A model generated the notes under the pieces. That model ran no database searches. It saw only the letters and a program-made list of their open reading frames with translations, and was not told the DNA's origin. The position numbers and the translations under genes were made by a program. A DNA stretch of 64,000 nucleotides, taken from NCBI GenBank assembly GCA_963842525.1, contig CAWJGT010000004.1:64001-128000 (forward strand), given 5' to 3'. Below, one piece after another: positions 18,363 through 27,173 of this stretch; within the stretch, counting starts at the first letter, position 1; the number at the start of each line of letters is the position of its first letter. The stretch comes from an uncultured Holophagales bacterium. Its GTDB lineage: Bacteria; Acidobacteriota; Thermoanaerobaculia; Multivoradales; UBA5704.

Positions 18363-21041
18363 ATGGAGGAGACCGGCTCTAACGTCCGGCGGTGCACCCT
18401 GCGGTGGCTGCTGCCGGGATTCCTGGCGCTCGTCGGCGCCACGTCCCTCCAGGCCGCGGGCACGGCCTTCTATACGGTGACGCCCTGCCGGATCATCGAC
18501 ACCCGCAACGCCGCCGGGCCGCTCGGCGGACCCGCGCTCGGCCCGAACCAGACCCGGTCTCTCGCCTCGGCCAGCCGGTGCGGTGTGTCGACCTCGGCCA
18601 CGGCGGTGGCCGTCAACGTCACGGTCGTCTCGCCGGCGCAGAGCGGACATCTGACCCTGGCTCCCACCGGCATCCCCAAGCCGAACACAACGACGATCAA
18701 TTTCCGCGCCGGCCAGGTGCGTGCCAACAATGCGATCCTGCCGCTGGGCGCGGCAGGCGGGCTGACCGTCTATTCCAGCTCGCCTGGCGACGTCCATCTG
18801 GTGGTCGACGTCAACGGCTATTTCGCCGACCCGGTCCTCGAAGCGACGACCGTGGCGCGGCCCGCGTTCAACCCGCCGCCCGGAAGCTACACCGGCGAGC
18901 AGGTGGTCGAGGTCGTGACCAGCACGCCCGGCGCGCAGATCCGCTACACCACGGACGGCTCGGCGCCGTCGCGCACGCACGGCACGCTCTACTCCGGGCT
19001 GCTCACGCTCACCGGCAACACGGACCTGCGGGCGATCGCCTGGAAGGACGGGCTGGCCGACAGCGCCGTCACCCAGGGCGCCTACTCCATCACCCGGCAG
19101 GAGACGCTCTTCCTCGCCACCCTGACGCCCCAGAGCGGCGCTCTCAGTCTGGCATCGGGCCAGGCGACGCTCCTGCTGGCCGCCGACGAGCAGACCGCGC
19201 TTCTCCAGGCGACCTGGTCGAACCTGAGCACACCCCTGACCGCAGCCCACATCCATGCGCCGGACGGCCAGATCATCTTCGACCTCGACACCGCGCCGTC
19301 CGGCCCGGACGGCTCCTGGGAGTGGACGATCGTGTCGGTAGGGACCTGGACGCGGGCGCAGATCCTGGCGGCGTTGCGGGCCGGGCAGTGCTACCTCAAT
19401 CTGCACACCGCCAACTATCCGAACGGCGAGATCAAGGGGTTCTTCCGCCTGAGCAGCGGCAGCACGGTCTTCACGCCACCGCCCCCGCCGCCGCCGCTGC
19501 CGTCCGGTCCGCCCAGCGCGGCCGACGCCGCCCGCTTCCTTGTCCAGGCGAGCTTCGGGCCGACGCCGCAGACGATCGCCACCGTGCAGTCCATGGGCTA
19601 TGCGCCGTGGATCGAGGACCAGTTTACGAAGCCCCGCATCGCGCACCTGACGTATGTCGATGCCTTGCCAGGGACCGACCTGCCGAGCGAGAACGCGCGG
19701 GAGTCGATCTGGAAACAGGCGATCCAGGGCAACGACCAGCTCCGCCAGCGGGTCGCCTGGGCGCTCTCCGAGATCTTCGTCATCTCCGATCGGGACGACG
19801 ACCTGACCGGCGTCGAGGCGACCGCGGTCTACATGGACCTGCTCGCTCGCAACTCCTTCGGCAACGTCCGGCAGCTCCTGGAGGACGTGACGCTCTCGCC
19901 GGCCATGGGCGCCTACCTCGACATGCTGGGCAACGACAAGGAGGACCCGGAGACCGGGCGCAAGCCCAATGAGAACTACGCGCGGGAGATCCTCCAGCTC
20001 TTCTCGATCGGGCTCTACAAGCTCCATCCCGACGGCTCCCTGCAGCTCAGCGCCCAGGGCCTGCCGATCCCGACCTACGGCCAGGAGACGGTCGAGGGCT
20101 TCGCCCAGGTCTTCACCGGCTGGACCTTCGCCGGCCAGAACCATGCCGAGGAGTGGCGGTTCTACTGGCCGGAGCGCGAATGGCGGAACCCCATGGAGGT
20201 GTGGCCGGAGCACCATTCGACGGGGACGAAGAGCCTCCTCGACGGTGTCCTCCTGCCGCCCGGGAGCCCGCAGAGCGACCTGGCGGCGGCCCACAACGCG
20301 GTCTTCCAGCACCCGAACATCGGACCGTTCCTCTGCCGCCAGCTCATGCAGCGGCTGGTGACGAGCAACCCGAGCCCGGCCTACATCTATCGCTGCGCCC
20401 AGGCCTTTGCCAACAACGGCCAGGGAATAAGGGGAGACATGAAGGCGGTGGTCCGCGCCATCCTCCTGGACTGGGAGGCGCGGAGCCCGGACGTCCTCTC
20501 GCAGCCGGGTTACGGCAAGGTGCGCGAGCCGATGATCCGGTTCGTGGCCTTGCTGCGCGCGATGAACGCCCAGCCGCCGGCCGACGGCCGCTTCCGCTAC
20601 TACTGGCAGTCGAGCGCCGAATGGGGCTTGAACCAGAGCCCGCTCCAGGCACCGACGGTGTTCAACTTCTTCGAGCCGACCTATGCCCAGCCGGGTCCGA
20701 TCGCGGACGCCGGACTGGTCTCCCCGGAGCTGCACATCATCAACGAGACCTCGGTCTTCGGCACCGCCAACTTCCTGCACGCCGTGCTCTTCGAGGGCTA
20801 TGCCGACGACCAGACCAACATCACCCTCAACTACTCGTACTTCACCAGCGCCGGGACCAACAACGCGGCCCTGCTCGACCGCGTCAACCTCGTCTTCTAT
20901 GCCGGCCGGATGGCGCCGGAGACGCGCACGATCTTCGCCGATGCGCTGGCCGACCCCGACTTCGAGACCAACCCGTTGGAGCGCGTGCAGACCCTGATCT
21001 GGCTGGTCAGCCTGTCGCCCGAATTCGCCGTCCAGAGATGA
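18363..21041 (+). CDS. Secreted DUF1800-family protein with N-terminal beta-sandwich, chitobiase/Fn3-associated and CHRD domains
   Basis: TPCRIIDTR..DVNGYF; IRYTTDGSAPS; AAHIH..YLNLHTANYPNGEIKG; AARFLVQASFGP, DQLRQRVAWALSEIFV, PNENYAREILQLFSIG. Confidence 0.92.
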   Translation: MEETGSNVRRCTLRWLLPGFLALVGATSLQAAGTAFYTVTPCRIIDTRNAAGPLGGPALGPNQTRSLASASRCGVSTSATAVAVNVTVVSPAQSGHLTLAPTGIPKPNTTTINFRAGQVRANNAILPLGAAGGLTVYSSSPGDVHLVVDVNGYFADPVLEATTVARPAFNPPPGSYTGEQVVEVVTSTPGAQIRYTTDGSAPSRTHGTLYSGLLTLTGNTDLRAIAWKDGLADSAVTQGAYSITRQETLFLATLTPQSGALSLASGQATLLLAADEQTALLQATWSNLSTPLTAAHIHAPDGQIIFDLDTAPSGPDGSWEWTIVSVGTWTRAQILAALRAGQCYLNLHTANYPNGEIKGFFRLSSGSTVFTPPPPPPPLPSGPPSAADAARFLVQASFGPTPQTIATVQSMGYAPWIEDQFTKPRIAHLTYVDALPGTDLPSENARESIWKQAIQGNDQLRQRVAWALSEIFVISDRDDDLTGVEATAVYMDLLARNSFGNVRQLLEDVTLSPAMGAYLDMLGNDKEDPETGRKPNENYAREILQLFSIGLYKLHPDGSLQLSAQGLPIPTYGQETVEGFAQVFTGWTFAGQNHAEEWRFYWPEREWRNPMEVWPEHHSTGTKSLLDGVLLPPGSPQSDLAAAHNAVFQHPNIGPFLCRQLMQRLVTSNPSPAYIYRCAQAFANNGQGIRGDMKAVVRAILLDWEARSPDVLSQPGYGKVREPMIRFVALLRAMNAQPPADGRFRYYWQSSAEWGLNQSPLQAPTVFNFFEPTYAQPGPIADAGLVSPELHIINETSVFGTANFLHAVLFEGYADDQTNITLNYSYFTSAGTNNAALLDRVNLVFYAGRMAPETRTIFADALADPDFETNPLERVQTLIWLVSLSPEFAVQR

Positions 21042-21051
21042 GGAGAGCCCG

Positions 21052-22464
21052 ATGAGCGACCCCCGTACGAACGAGAGCCTGCCGGGCGGCGGCGTCACGC
21101 GGCGCAGGTTCCTGCGCGGCTGCGCGGCCCTGGGCATGACCTCGCTCGCCTCGACCGTCTTCGACCTGCGGCGCATCGCCGCCGCGGCGCCGCTCGCCGG
21201 CGACTACAAGGCGCTGGTCTGCCTCTTCCTCTACGGCGGCAACGACAGCAACAACCTCGTGGTGCCGCGCGGGCCCGAGTACCCCGCCTATGCGGCGGCG
21301 CGCGGCAACCTGGCGCTTCCGCAGGCATTGCTGCGGCCGATCACGCCGCTCGCCGGCGACGGCCGGCAGTGGGGCCTCCACCCGAGCCTGGCCGGTCTCC
21401 AGGGGCTCTTCGCGCAGCGGCGGATGGCCCTGCTCGCCAACGTCGGCCCGCTGGTGGCGCCGGTCACCCGCGGCGAGATCGAGGCCGGCACGGCCGACCT
21501 GCCGCCCCAGCTCTTTTCGCACAGCGACCAGACCGTGCACTGGCAGACGGGCATCCCCGACCAGCCGGCGCGCAGCGGCTGGGGGGGACGGACCGCCGAC
21601 CTCCTGAACGCCCTCAATAGCTCTCAGGGGGGCTCGCAAGTCTCGATGTCCATGTCGCTCGCCGGCAACAACACGTTCCAGATCGGCTCGGCGGTGACGC
21701 AATACCAGGTCTCGCCGGACGGCAGCATCGGCCTGGGCTGGTACTACGACGGCAACGACTGGAACCATCCGCCGTCGATCGCCATCCGGCGCCTGCTGGC
21801 GCGCAGCTATGGAAACCTGTTCGAGAAGGGCTACCGCGACGTCTTCCAGCGCGCCCTGGACCAGGACCGCCTCCTGTCGGGCGCCCTGGACACGGCGCCG
21901 GCTCTCAACACCGCCTTCCCGGATACGCACCTCGGCCGGCAGATGCGGACGATCGCGCGGCTGATCTCGGTCCGGGAGACGCTCGGGCTGCGCCGGCAGG
22001 TCTTCTTCTGCGCCGCCGACGGCTACGACACCCACGGCGGCCAGATCGGCGGCCAGCCCGAGATCGGGGCCCACGCCGACCTCCTGACCGAGCTCGACGG
22101 CGCCCTCACAGCCTTCTACAACGCCACCGTCGAGCTCAGCGTAGCGAGCAGCGTGACCACCTTCACGGCGTCAGATTTCGGCCGTACCTACGTGAGCAAC
22201 GGCGACGGCTCCGACCACGGCTGGGGTGCCAACCACCTGATCGTCGGAGGTGCCGTCGACGGCGGGCGGATCTACGGCGACATGCCGATTCTGACAGTGG
22301 ACGGTCCTGATGACGTGGGGGAGGGCCGCTGGATCCCCACCACCTCGGTCGACGAGTACAGCGCCACCCTCGCCAGTTGGCTCGGAGTGGCCGCGAGCGA
22401 CCTGCCGCTCGTCCTGCCCAACCTGGGCCGGTTTTCCAATCCGGATCTGGGGTTCATGGTCTGA
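21052..22464 (+). CDS. DUF1501-family protein with Tat signal
   Basis: TRRRFL; DYKALVCLFLYGGNDSNN; LFSHSDQ; SDFGRT..SNGDGSDHGWG. Confidence 0.93.
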   Translation: MSDPRTNESLPGGGVTRRRFLRGCAALGMTSLASTVFDLRRIAAAAPLAGDYKALVCLFLYGGNDSNNLVVPRGPEYPAYAAARGNLALPQALLRPITPLAGDGRQWGLHPSLAGLQGLFAQRRMALLANVGPLVAPVTRGEIEAGTADLPPQLFSHSDQTVHWQTGIPDQPARSGWGGRTADLLNALNSSQGGSQVSMSMSLAGNNTFQIGSAVTQYQVSPDGSIGLGWYYDGNDWNHPPSIAIRRLLARSYGNLFEKGYRDVFQRALDQDRLLSGALDTAPALNTAFPDTHLGRQMRTIARLISVRETLGLRRQVFFCAADGYDTHGGQIGGQPEIGAHADLLTELDGALTAFYNATVELSVASSVTTFTASDFGRTYVSNGDGSDHGWGANHLIVGGAVDGGRIYGDMPILTVDGPDDVGEGRWIPTTSVDEYSATLASWLGVAASDLPLVLPNLGRFSNPDLGFMV

Positions 22465-22484
22465 GGCCGGCCCGGCCGCGCGGC

Positions 22485-22624
22485 CCCTCACCCCCGACCC
22501 CTCTCCCACCCGCACTCCCTTCCCCCGGGAGAGGGGGGAAATGCACTGTCAGGAAACTCCTGGGTGGGGCTCCCCTCTCCCGGGCGGGTGTGAGTGCGGG
22601 TGGGAGAGGGGCTGGGGGTGAGGG
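22485..22624. repeat. REP-like long palindrome (CCCTCACCCC..CCTCTCCC ... GGGAGAGG..GGGGTGAGGG)
   Basis: Inverted arms visible directly; same family as 26972-27141, 46899-47051 and 52333-52577. Confidence 0.9.
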
Positions 22625-22631
22625 ACGACCA

Positions 22632-22668
22632 AACGAAAAGCCCCGGCCTCTTGCGAGACCGGGGCTTT
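22632..22668 (-). terminator. Intrinsic terminator (possibly bidirectional)
   Basis: Minus strand AAAGCCCCGGTCTC-GCAA-GAGGCCGGGGCTTTTCGTTT. Confidence 0.85.
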
Positions 22669-22754
22669 CGGGTCCGTTGTAGGTGGCGTTGGGATGGCCC
22701 CGCGTGTGGGGACGCGCCCTTCGGAAGCGCCTACGACGCTCGGAGGGAATCCCC

Positions 22755-22799
22755 TTACAGGGACGCCACCTCCATCAAACCGGGTTGGTAACTATCCAC
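22755..22799 (-). CDS. 14-aa micro-ORF MDSYQPGLMEVASL
   Basis: GTG start 7 nt after the AGGAGG of an extended Shine-Dalgarno; TAA stop. Confidence 0.45.
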   Translation of the reverse strand: MDSYQPGLMEVASL

Positions 22800-22934
22800 C
22801 GGATCACCTCCTTTCCAGGCGTGTCCCTCATCGGCGGGTCCCAACCCGCCCGGCTCCGTGGGCCGCCCGAAGCCTCTTGAGAGCCGCCGCGCAGCTCCCG
22901 ATCTTCGAGAGCCCGCGGACCGCGAGACGGCGTT

Positions 22935-22963
22935 AGTGTCGGGCATCCGGCGTCCCATGTCAA
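22935..22963 (-). promoter_or_regulatory. Sigma70-type promoter of the candidate small RNA
   Basis: Consensus -35 TTGACA (22963-22958), 17-bp spacer, -10 GACACT (22940-22935). Confidence 0.6.
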
Positions 22964-23682
22964 CGAGCTTCCGCCGCCGCCTCGTCCCCCCTTTCCTTTT
23001 CCACCTGTCCTCGCCGTTGCAGCCGGATCGCCACGTTCCAGCAGAGCAGGGCCCAGCAGCCGCCCGCGGTCCAGCCGGCCAGCACGTCCGTCGGCCAGTG
23101 GACGCCCAGGTAGACGCGGGTCAGGCCGACCATCAGCGTGAGGAGGATGGCAAAGCCGAGCAGGTAGGCTTTCAGGCGCCGCCGTTTCTGGGCCCGCGCC
23201 AGCAGGGCACCCAGGGTCAGATAGGTGGCCGCCGCCGACGTGGAGTGCGCGCTGGGAAAGCTCGTCGTCACCACGCGGACCGCATGCGGCACCAGCATCG
23301 GCCGGGGGCGCTGGAACGCCTCCTTGAGCAGGAAGCCGGTGCCGATCCCGCCGCCGACGGCCAATAGAAGGAGGAGGGCCAGCCGCGCCTTGTGGTCCAG
23401 CACCAGGAACCCGGCGACCGCCAGGGTCAGGATCGACAAGACCACCGTGCTGCCCAGGGCCGTGATGTCGCGCGCCGCCACCTCCACCCACTGCGGACCG
23501 AGCGGGTCGGCCGGGTTGCCCCGCTCGCGCAGGGCGAGCATCAGGGACCGGTCGAACACGTTCGTCTCCCCCTCCCGCACCTCGCCGGCCAGCGCCAGGA
23601 GGCCCCAGATCCCGCCGGCCAGCAGGATCAGGAGGAGCAGGGGGCCGAGCTCACGGCGGGCGAGAAGGGTCCACGGCTTCAT
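22960..23682 (-). CDS. PAP2-family membrane phosphatase
   Basis: K.AFQRPRP, SFPSAH, TRVYLGVHWPTDVLAGW. Start taken at MKPWTLL. Confidence 0.92.
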   Translation of the reverse strand: MKPWTLLARRELGPLLLLILLAGGIWGLLALAGEVREGETNVFDRSLMLALRERGNPADPLGPQWVEVAARDITALGSTVVLSILTLAVAGFLVLDHKARLALLLLLAVGGGIGTGFLLKEAFQRPRPMLVPHAVRVVTTSFPSAHSTSAAATYLTLGALLARAQKRRRLKAYLLGFAILLTLMVGLTRVYLGVHWPTDVLAGWTAGGCWALLCWNVAIRLQRRGQVEKERGDEAAAEAR

Positions 23683-23809
23683 GGCGGCAGGTTGTTTGCA
23701 AGCTTCGCACCGGGCAAGCTCCACCGGAGCCATGGAACGGTGGCTGTGGTACCCTTCCGCTGCCTCAAACCGGCCGCAAGCAAAGACATTTTTTCTACCT
23801 GGAGGGTGG

Positions 23810-24760
23810 ATGAAGAAGATCGGAATCCTGTTCGGCCAGGAGGACACGTTCCCCTGGGCCCTCGTCGACCGGATCAACCGCAAGGACGTGGACGGCATCA
23901 CCGCCGAGCCGGTGCGCATCGACAAGGTCGTCCAGGGAGAGCCCACCGACTATGCGGTTGTCTTCGACCGCATCTCCCAGGACGTGCCCTTCTACCGCGC
24001 CTGGCTCAAGAACGCGGCCCTGAACGGCACGGCCGTCGTCAACAACCCCTTCTGGTGGAGCGCCGACGAGAAGTTCTTCAACAACTGTCTGGCGACCAAG
24101 CTCGGCGTGGCCGTGCCCAAGACCGTGCTGCTCCCCTCGTACGAGCGTCCGCCGGACACCGGCGAGAATTCGTTCCGCAACCTGGCCTATCCGCTGGACT
24201 GGGAAGGTATTTTCGACTACATCGGCTGGCCGGCCTTCTTCAAGCCGTTCGCCGGCGGCGGCTGGAAGAACGTCTACAAACTGCACGACCCCGAGGAGTT
24301 CTTCCGCGTCTATAGCGAGACCGGCGAGCTCGTGATGATGCTCCAGGAGGAGATCGACTTCACCGAGTACTTCCGGTGCTATTCCGTCGACTGCCGCGAC
24401 GTGAAGATCATGCAGTACGATCCCCGCGCCTATTTCCACCAGCGGTATGTGCGCGACGGGCCGCCGGTGCGGCAGGAGCTGCTCGACCGCATGCACGAGG
24501 ACGTGCTCAAGCTCAATCGCGGCCTGGGATACGACTTCAACACCGTCGAGCTGGCGGTGCGCGACGGCATACCCTACGCGATCGACTTCTGCAATCCGGC
24601 GCCGGACGCGGACGTCAAGTCGGTGGGCGAGGACAACTTCGAGTGGGTCGTCGAGACGGTGGCCAACATGGCGATCCGCAAGGCGCAGGCCTACGTCGAA
24701 GGGCAGAACAACCTGACCTGGGGCGAGTTCGTGCGCTCCTACGCGGCGGACGTGCGCTAA
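23810..24760 (+). CDS. RimK-like ATP-grasp ligase
   Basis: MKKIGILFGQE, NNPFWWSADEKF, FFKPFAGGGWKNVY, MLQEEI, TVELAVRDGIPYAIDFCNPAPD; RBS GGAGG. Confidence 0.88.
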   Translation: MKKIGILFGQEDTFPWALVDRINRKDVDGITAEPVRIDKVVQGEPTDYAVVFDRISQDVPFYRAWLKNAALNGTAVVNNPFWWSADEKFFNNCLATKLGVAVPKTVLLPSYERPPDTGENSFRNLAYPLDWEGIFDYIGWPAFFKPFAGGGWKNVYKLHDPEEFFRVYSETGELVMMLQEEIDFTEYFRCYSVDCRDVKIMQYDPRAYFHQRYVRDGPPVRQELLDRMHEDVLKLNRGLGYDFNTVELAVRDGIPYAIDFCNPAPDADVKSVGEDNFEWVVETVANMAIRKAQAYVEGQNNLTWGEFVRSYAADVR

Positions 24761-24777
24761 ACGCGGGAGGGGAGTCC

Positions 24778-25887
24778 ATGGCGCAGGCGAAGCTGTTCAC
24801 CCTGGGGATCGAGGAAGAGTTTCAGCTCATCGATCCGGAGACCCGCGACCTGCGGTCCCACATCCACCAGCTCCTCGAAGCCGGCCAGATGAAGGACGAG
24901 ATCAAGGCCGAGCTCCACCAGTCGGTCATCGAGGTGGGCACCCCCATCTGCCAGGATATCCACGAGGCCCGCCGCGAGGTGGTGCGCCTGCGCAGCGGCC
25001 TCGCCAACCTGGTGCGGCAGAACGGCCTGACCATCGCCGCCGCCGGCACCCACCCCTTCGCCCGCTGGCAGGACCAGCTCATCACGCCCCACCCGCGCTA
25101 CGCCGAGATCATCGAAGACCTGCAGCAGGTGGCGCGGGCCAACCTCATCTTCGGCCTGCACGTCCACGTCGGCATCGACGATCGCGAGGTGGCGGTCCAC
25201 ATCATGAACGCCGCCCGGTACTTCCTGCCGCACATCTTCGCCCTGTCGACCAACTCCCCCTTCTGGGAAGGCCGCAACACGGGCCTCAAGTCCTATCGCA
25301 GCAAGATCTTCGACCGCTTCCCGCGCACCGGCATCCCCGACCACTTCGTGAGCCTGGCGGAGTACGACAATTACATCAAGTTGTTGATCAAGACCCGGTG
25401 CATCGACAACGCCAAGAAGATCTGGTGGGACATCCGGATGCACCCGTTCTTCGACACCCTCGAGTTCCGCATCTGTGACGTGCCGATGCGGATCGAGGAG
25501 ACCTTGACGCTCGCGGCGCTTTGCCAGGCCGTGACCGCCAAGCTCTACAAGCTGATCAAGAAGAACCTCGGCTTCCGGCTCTACCGCCGGATCCTGATCA
25601 ACGAGAACAAGTGGCGCGCCGCGCGCTACGGCATCTCGGGCAAGCTGATCGACTACGGCAAGCAGGAGGAGGTCGATTGCGTAGCCCTGCTCAACGAGCT
25701 GCTGGAGTTCATCGACGACGTGGTCGACGAGCTGGGGAGCCGCGAGGCGCTCTCCTATGTCCACGAAATCGTCCGTGGCGGCACCGGCGCAGACCGCCAG
25801 ATCGCGGTCTGGAACCAGACGAACGAGATCAAGACCGTGGTCGACTACATCGTGTCCGAGACCCATCGTGGCCTGGAGCTTGCTTAG
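24778..25887 (+). CDS. ybdK: Carboxylate-amine ligase YbdK / GCS2 family
   Basis: FTLGIEEEFQLID, FGLHVHVG, NSPFWEG, WWDIR.HP.F.TLEFRICD, NKWRAARYG. Confidence 0.92.
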   Translation: MAQAKLFTLGIEEEFQLIDPETRDLRSHIHQLLEAGQMKDEIKAELHQSVIEVGTPICQDIHEARREVVRLRSGLANLVRQNGLTIAAAGTHPFARWQDQLITPHPRYAEIIEDLQQVARANLIFGLHVHVGIDDREVAVHIMNAARYFLPHIFALSTNSPFWEGRNTGLKSYRSKIFDRFPRTGIPDHFVSLAEYDNYIKLLIKTRCIDNAKKIWWDIRMHPFFDTLEFRICDVPMRIEETLTLAALCQAVTAKLYKLIKKNLGFRLYRRILINENKWRAARYGISGKLIDYGKQEEVDCVALLNELLEFIDDVVDELGSREALSYVHEIVRGGTGADRQIAVWNQTNEIKTVVDYIVSETHRGLELA

Positions 25888-25950
25888 GAGGTGAGGACCA
25901 GGGTGGGGGAGCGAGGGGACTCGTAGTAGAATGATGACAAGGAGCTCCTG

Positions 25951-26958
25951 ATGACCGAGACGACCTACAGCCCGGAGCTCGCTCCCGGGGCATACAACGC
26001 GATCCATACGTGCCTGCGGCTGCAGCCGGCGGAGAGGATCACCCTCATCACCGACCGCGAGACCCTGGACATCGCCTCCGCCCTGGTACGCGAGGTGGAG
26101 ACGGTGGGCTCCGAGTACAGCCTCTTCGTGATGGAGGACTACGCGCCGCGCCCCCTCGCCGGCATGCCGCGGCCCATCCTGGAAGACCTGGCCCGCTCGC
26201 AGGTGAGCGTCTTTGCCGCCCAGGCGCTGACCGGCGAGCTGCGCTCGCGCATCGACATGTGCGAGGTCGTCAACCGCCACGGCATCCGCCACGGCCACAT
26301 GGTCAACATCAGCCGGCACATCATGATGGAAGGGATGCGGGCCGACTTCGAGGAGGTCGACCGCCTGAGCTCGCGGCTGATCGCCAAGGCGCGGGCGGCC
26401 CGTGAGATCCGGGTGACCTCGCCAGGCGGCACAGACATCGTCGCCACCTTCGAGCCGCACCTCAAGTGGATCAAGACGAGCGGCATCATCACCCCCGACA
26501 AATGGGGCAACCTCCCGGGCGGCGAGATCTTCACCGCTCCCGGCAACGTCGAGGGCCGCTTCGTCGTCGACGGCGTGGTGGGGGACTACCTCTGCCGCAA
26601 GTACGGCGACATCAAGGACACGCCGCTCACCATCGACATCCGGAACAACCGGATTGCCGGCCTCGCCTGCGACGACGAAGAGCTGTTGGAGGAGTTCCGG
26701 CTCTACACCTCGACCGACGAGAACAGCAACCGCGTCGGCGAGTTCGCCATCGGCACCAACATCGCCATCGCCGACGTCTGCGGCAACATCCTGCAGGACG
26801 AGAAGATCCCGGGCATCCACATTGCCTTCGGCCACCCCTACGCCGAGCACACCGGCGCCGACTGGATCTCGACCACGCACATCGACTGCGTCGGCCGCGA
26901 CGCCGACATCTGGATCGACGGCGACCCCGTGATGCGCCAGGGGCGGTTCCTGATCTAG
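25951..26958 (+). CDS. Aminopeptidase, thermophilic metalloprotease (M29)-like
   Basis: GNLPGGEIFTAP, VGEFAIGTN, LQDEKIPGIHIAFG, THIDCV. Confidence 0.88.
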   Translation: MTETTYSPELAPGAYNAIHTCLRLQPAERITLITDRETLDIASALVREVETVGSEYSLFVMEDYAPRPLAGMPRPILEDLARSQVSVFAAQALTGELRSRIDMCEVVNRHGIRHGHMVNISRHIMMEGMRADFEEVDRLSSRLIAKARAAREIRVTSPGGTDIVATFEPHLKWIKTSGIITPDKWGNLPGGEIFTAPGNVEGRFVVDGVVGDYLCRKYGDIKDTPLTIDIRNNRIAGLACDDEELLEEFRLYTSTDENSNRVGEFAIGTNIAIADVCGNILQDEKIPGIHIAFGHPYAEHTGADWISTTHIDCVGRDADIWIDGDPVMRQGRFLI

Positions 26959-26971
26959 CCCCCTCCCGAAG

Positions 26972-27141
26972 AACCTCACCCCCTGTCCCCCTCTCCCATC
27001 GCACTCCCCCCGACCGGGAGAGGGGGGACGTAGATGAGGCTTCAGGGACAAGGTTGCGGGCTCGCGGAAACGGCTCCAACCACGTCCCCCCTCTCCCGGT
27101 GGAAGGGGGGGCGATGGGAGAGGGGGACAGGGGGTGAGGTT
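26972..27141. repeat. REP-like long palindrome
   Basis: AACCTCACCCCCTGTCCCCCTCTCCCATCGC ... GCGATGGGAGAGGGGGACAGGGGGTGAGGTT perfect inverted arms. Confidence 0.9.
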
Positions 27142-27173
27142 TCCGGGCGGTCGGTGATACGCTTCGCCCGCCC

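Larger units (their letters stand above)
22630..22929 (-). ncRNA. Candidate structured small RNA / micro-ORF transcript (about 300 nt)
   Basis: Bounded by an upstream TTGACA-17-GACACT promoter and a downstream intrinsic terminator; several hairpins; contains GAAAGGAGGTGATCC. Confidence 0.55.

Noticed and set aside
18339-21176. Long antisense or alternate-frame ORFs (also 8307-10967, 24757-27051, 39589-42159, 49235-52339 and others)
   Set aside because: They are shadow ORFs of high-GC genes, with no recognisable motifs and full overlap with well-supported CDSs.
22801-22815. 16S rRNA gene remnant or tmRNA
   Set aside because: Only the 15-nt tail matches and upstream 16S sequence is absent. 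No tRNA-like GGGG.../TTCGA..CCA ends of tmRNA were seen.
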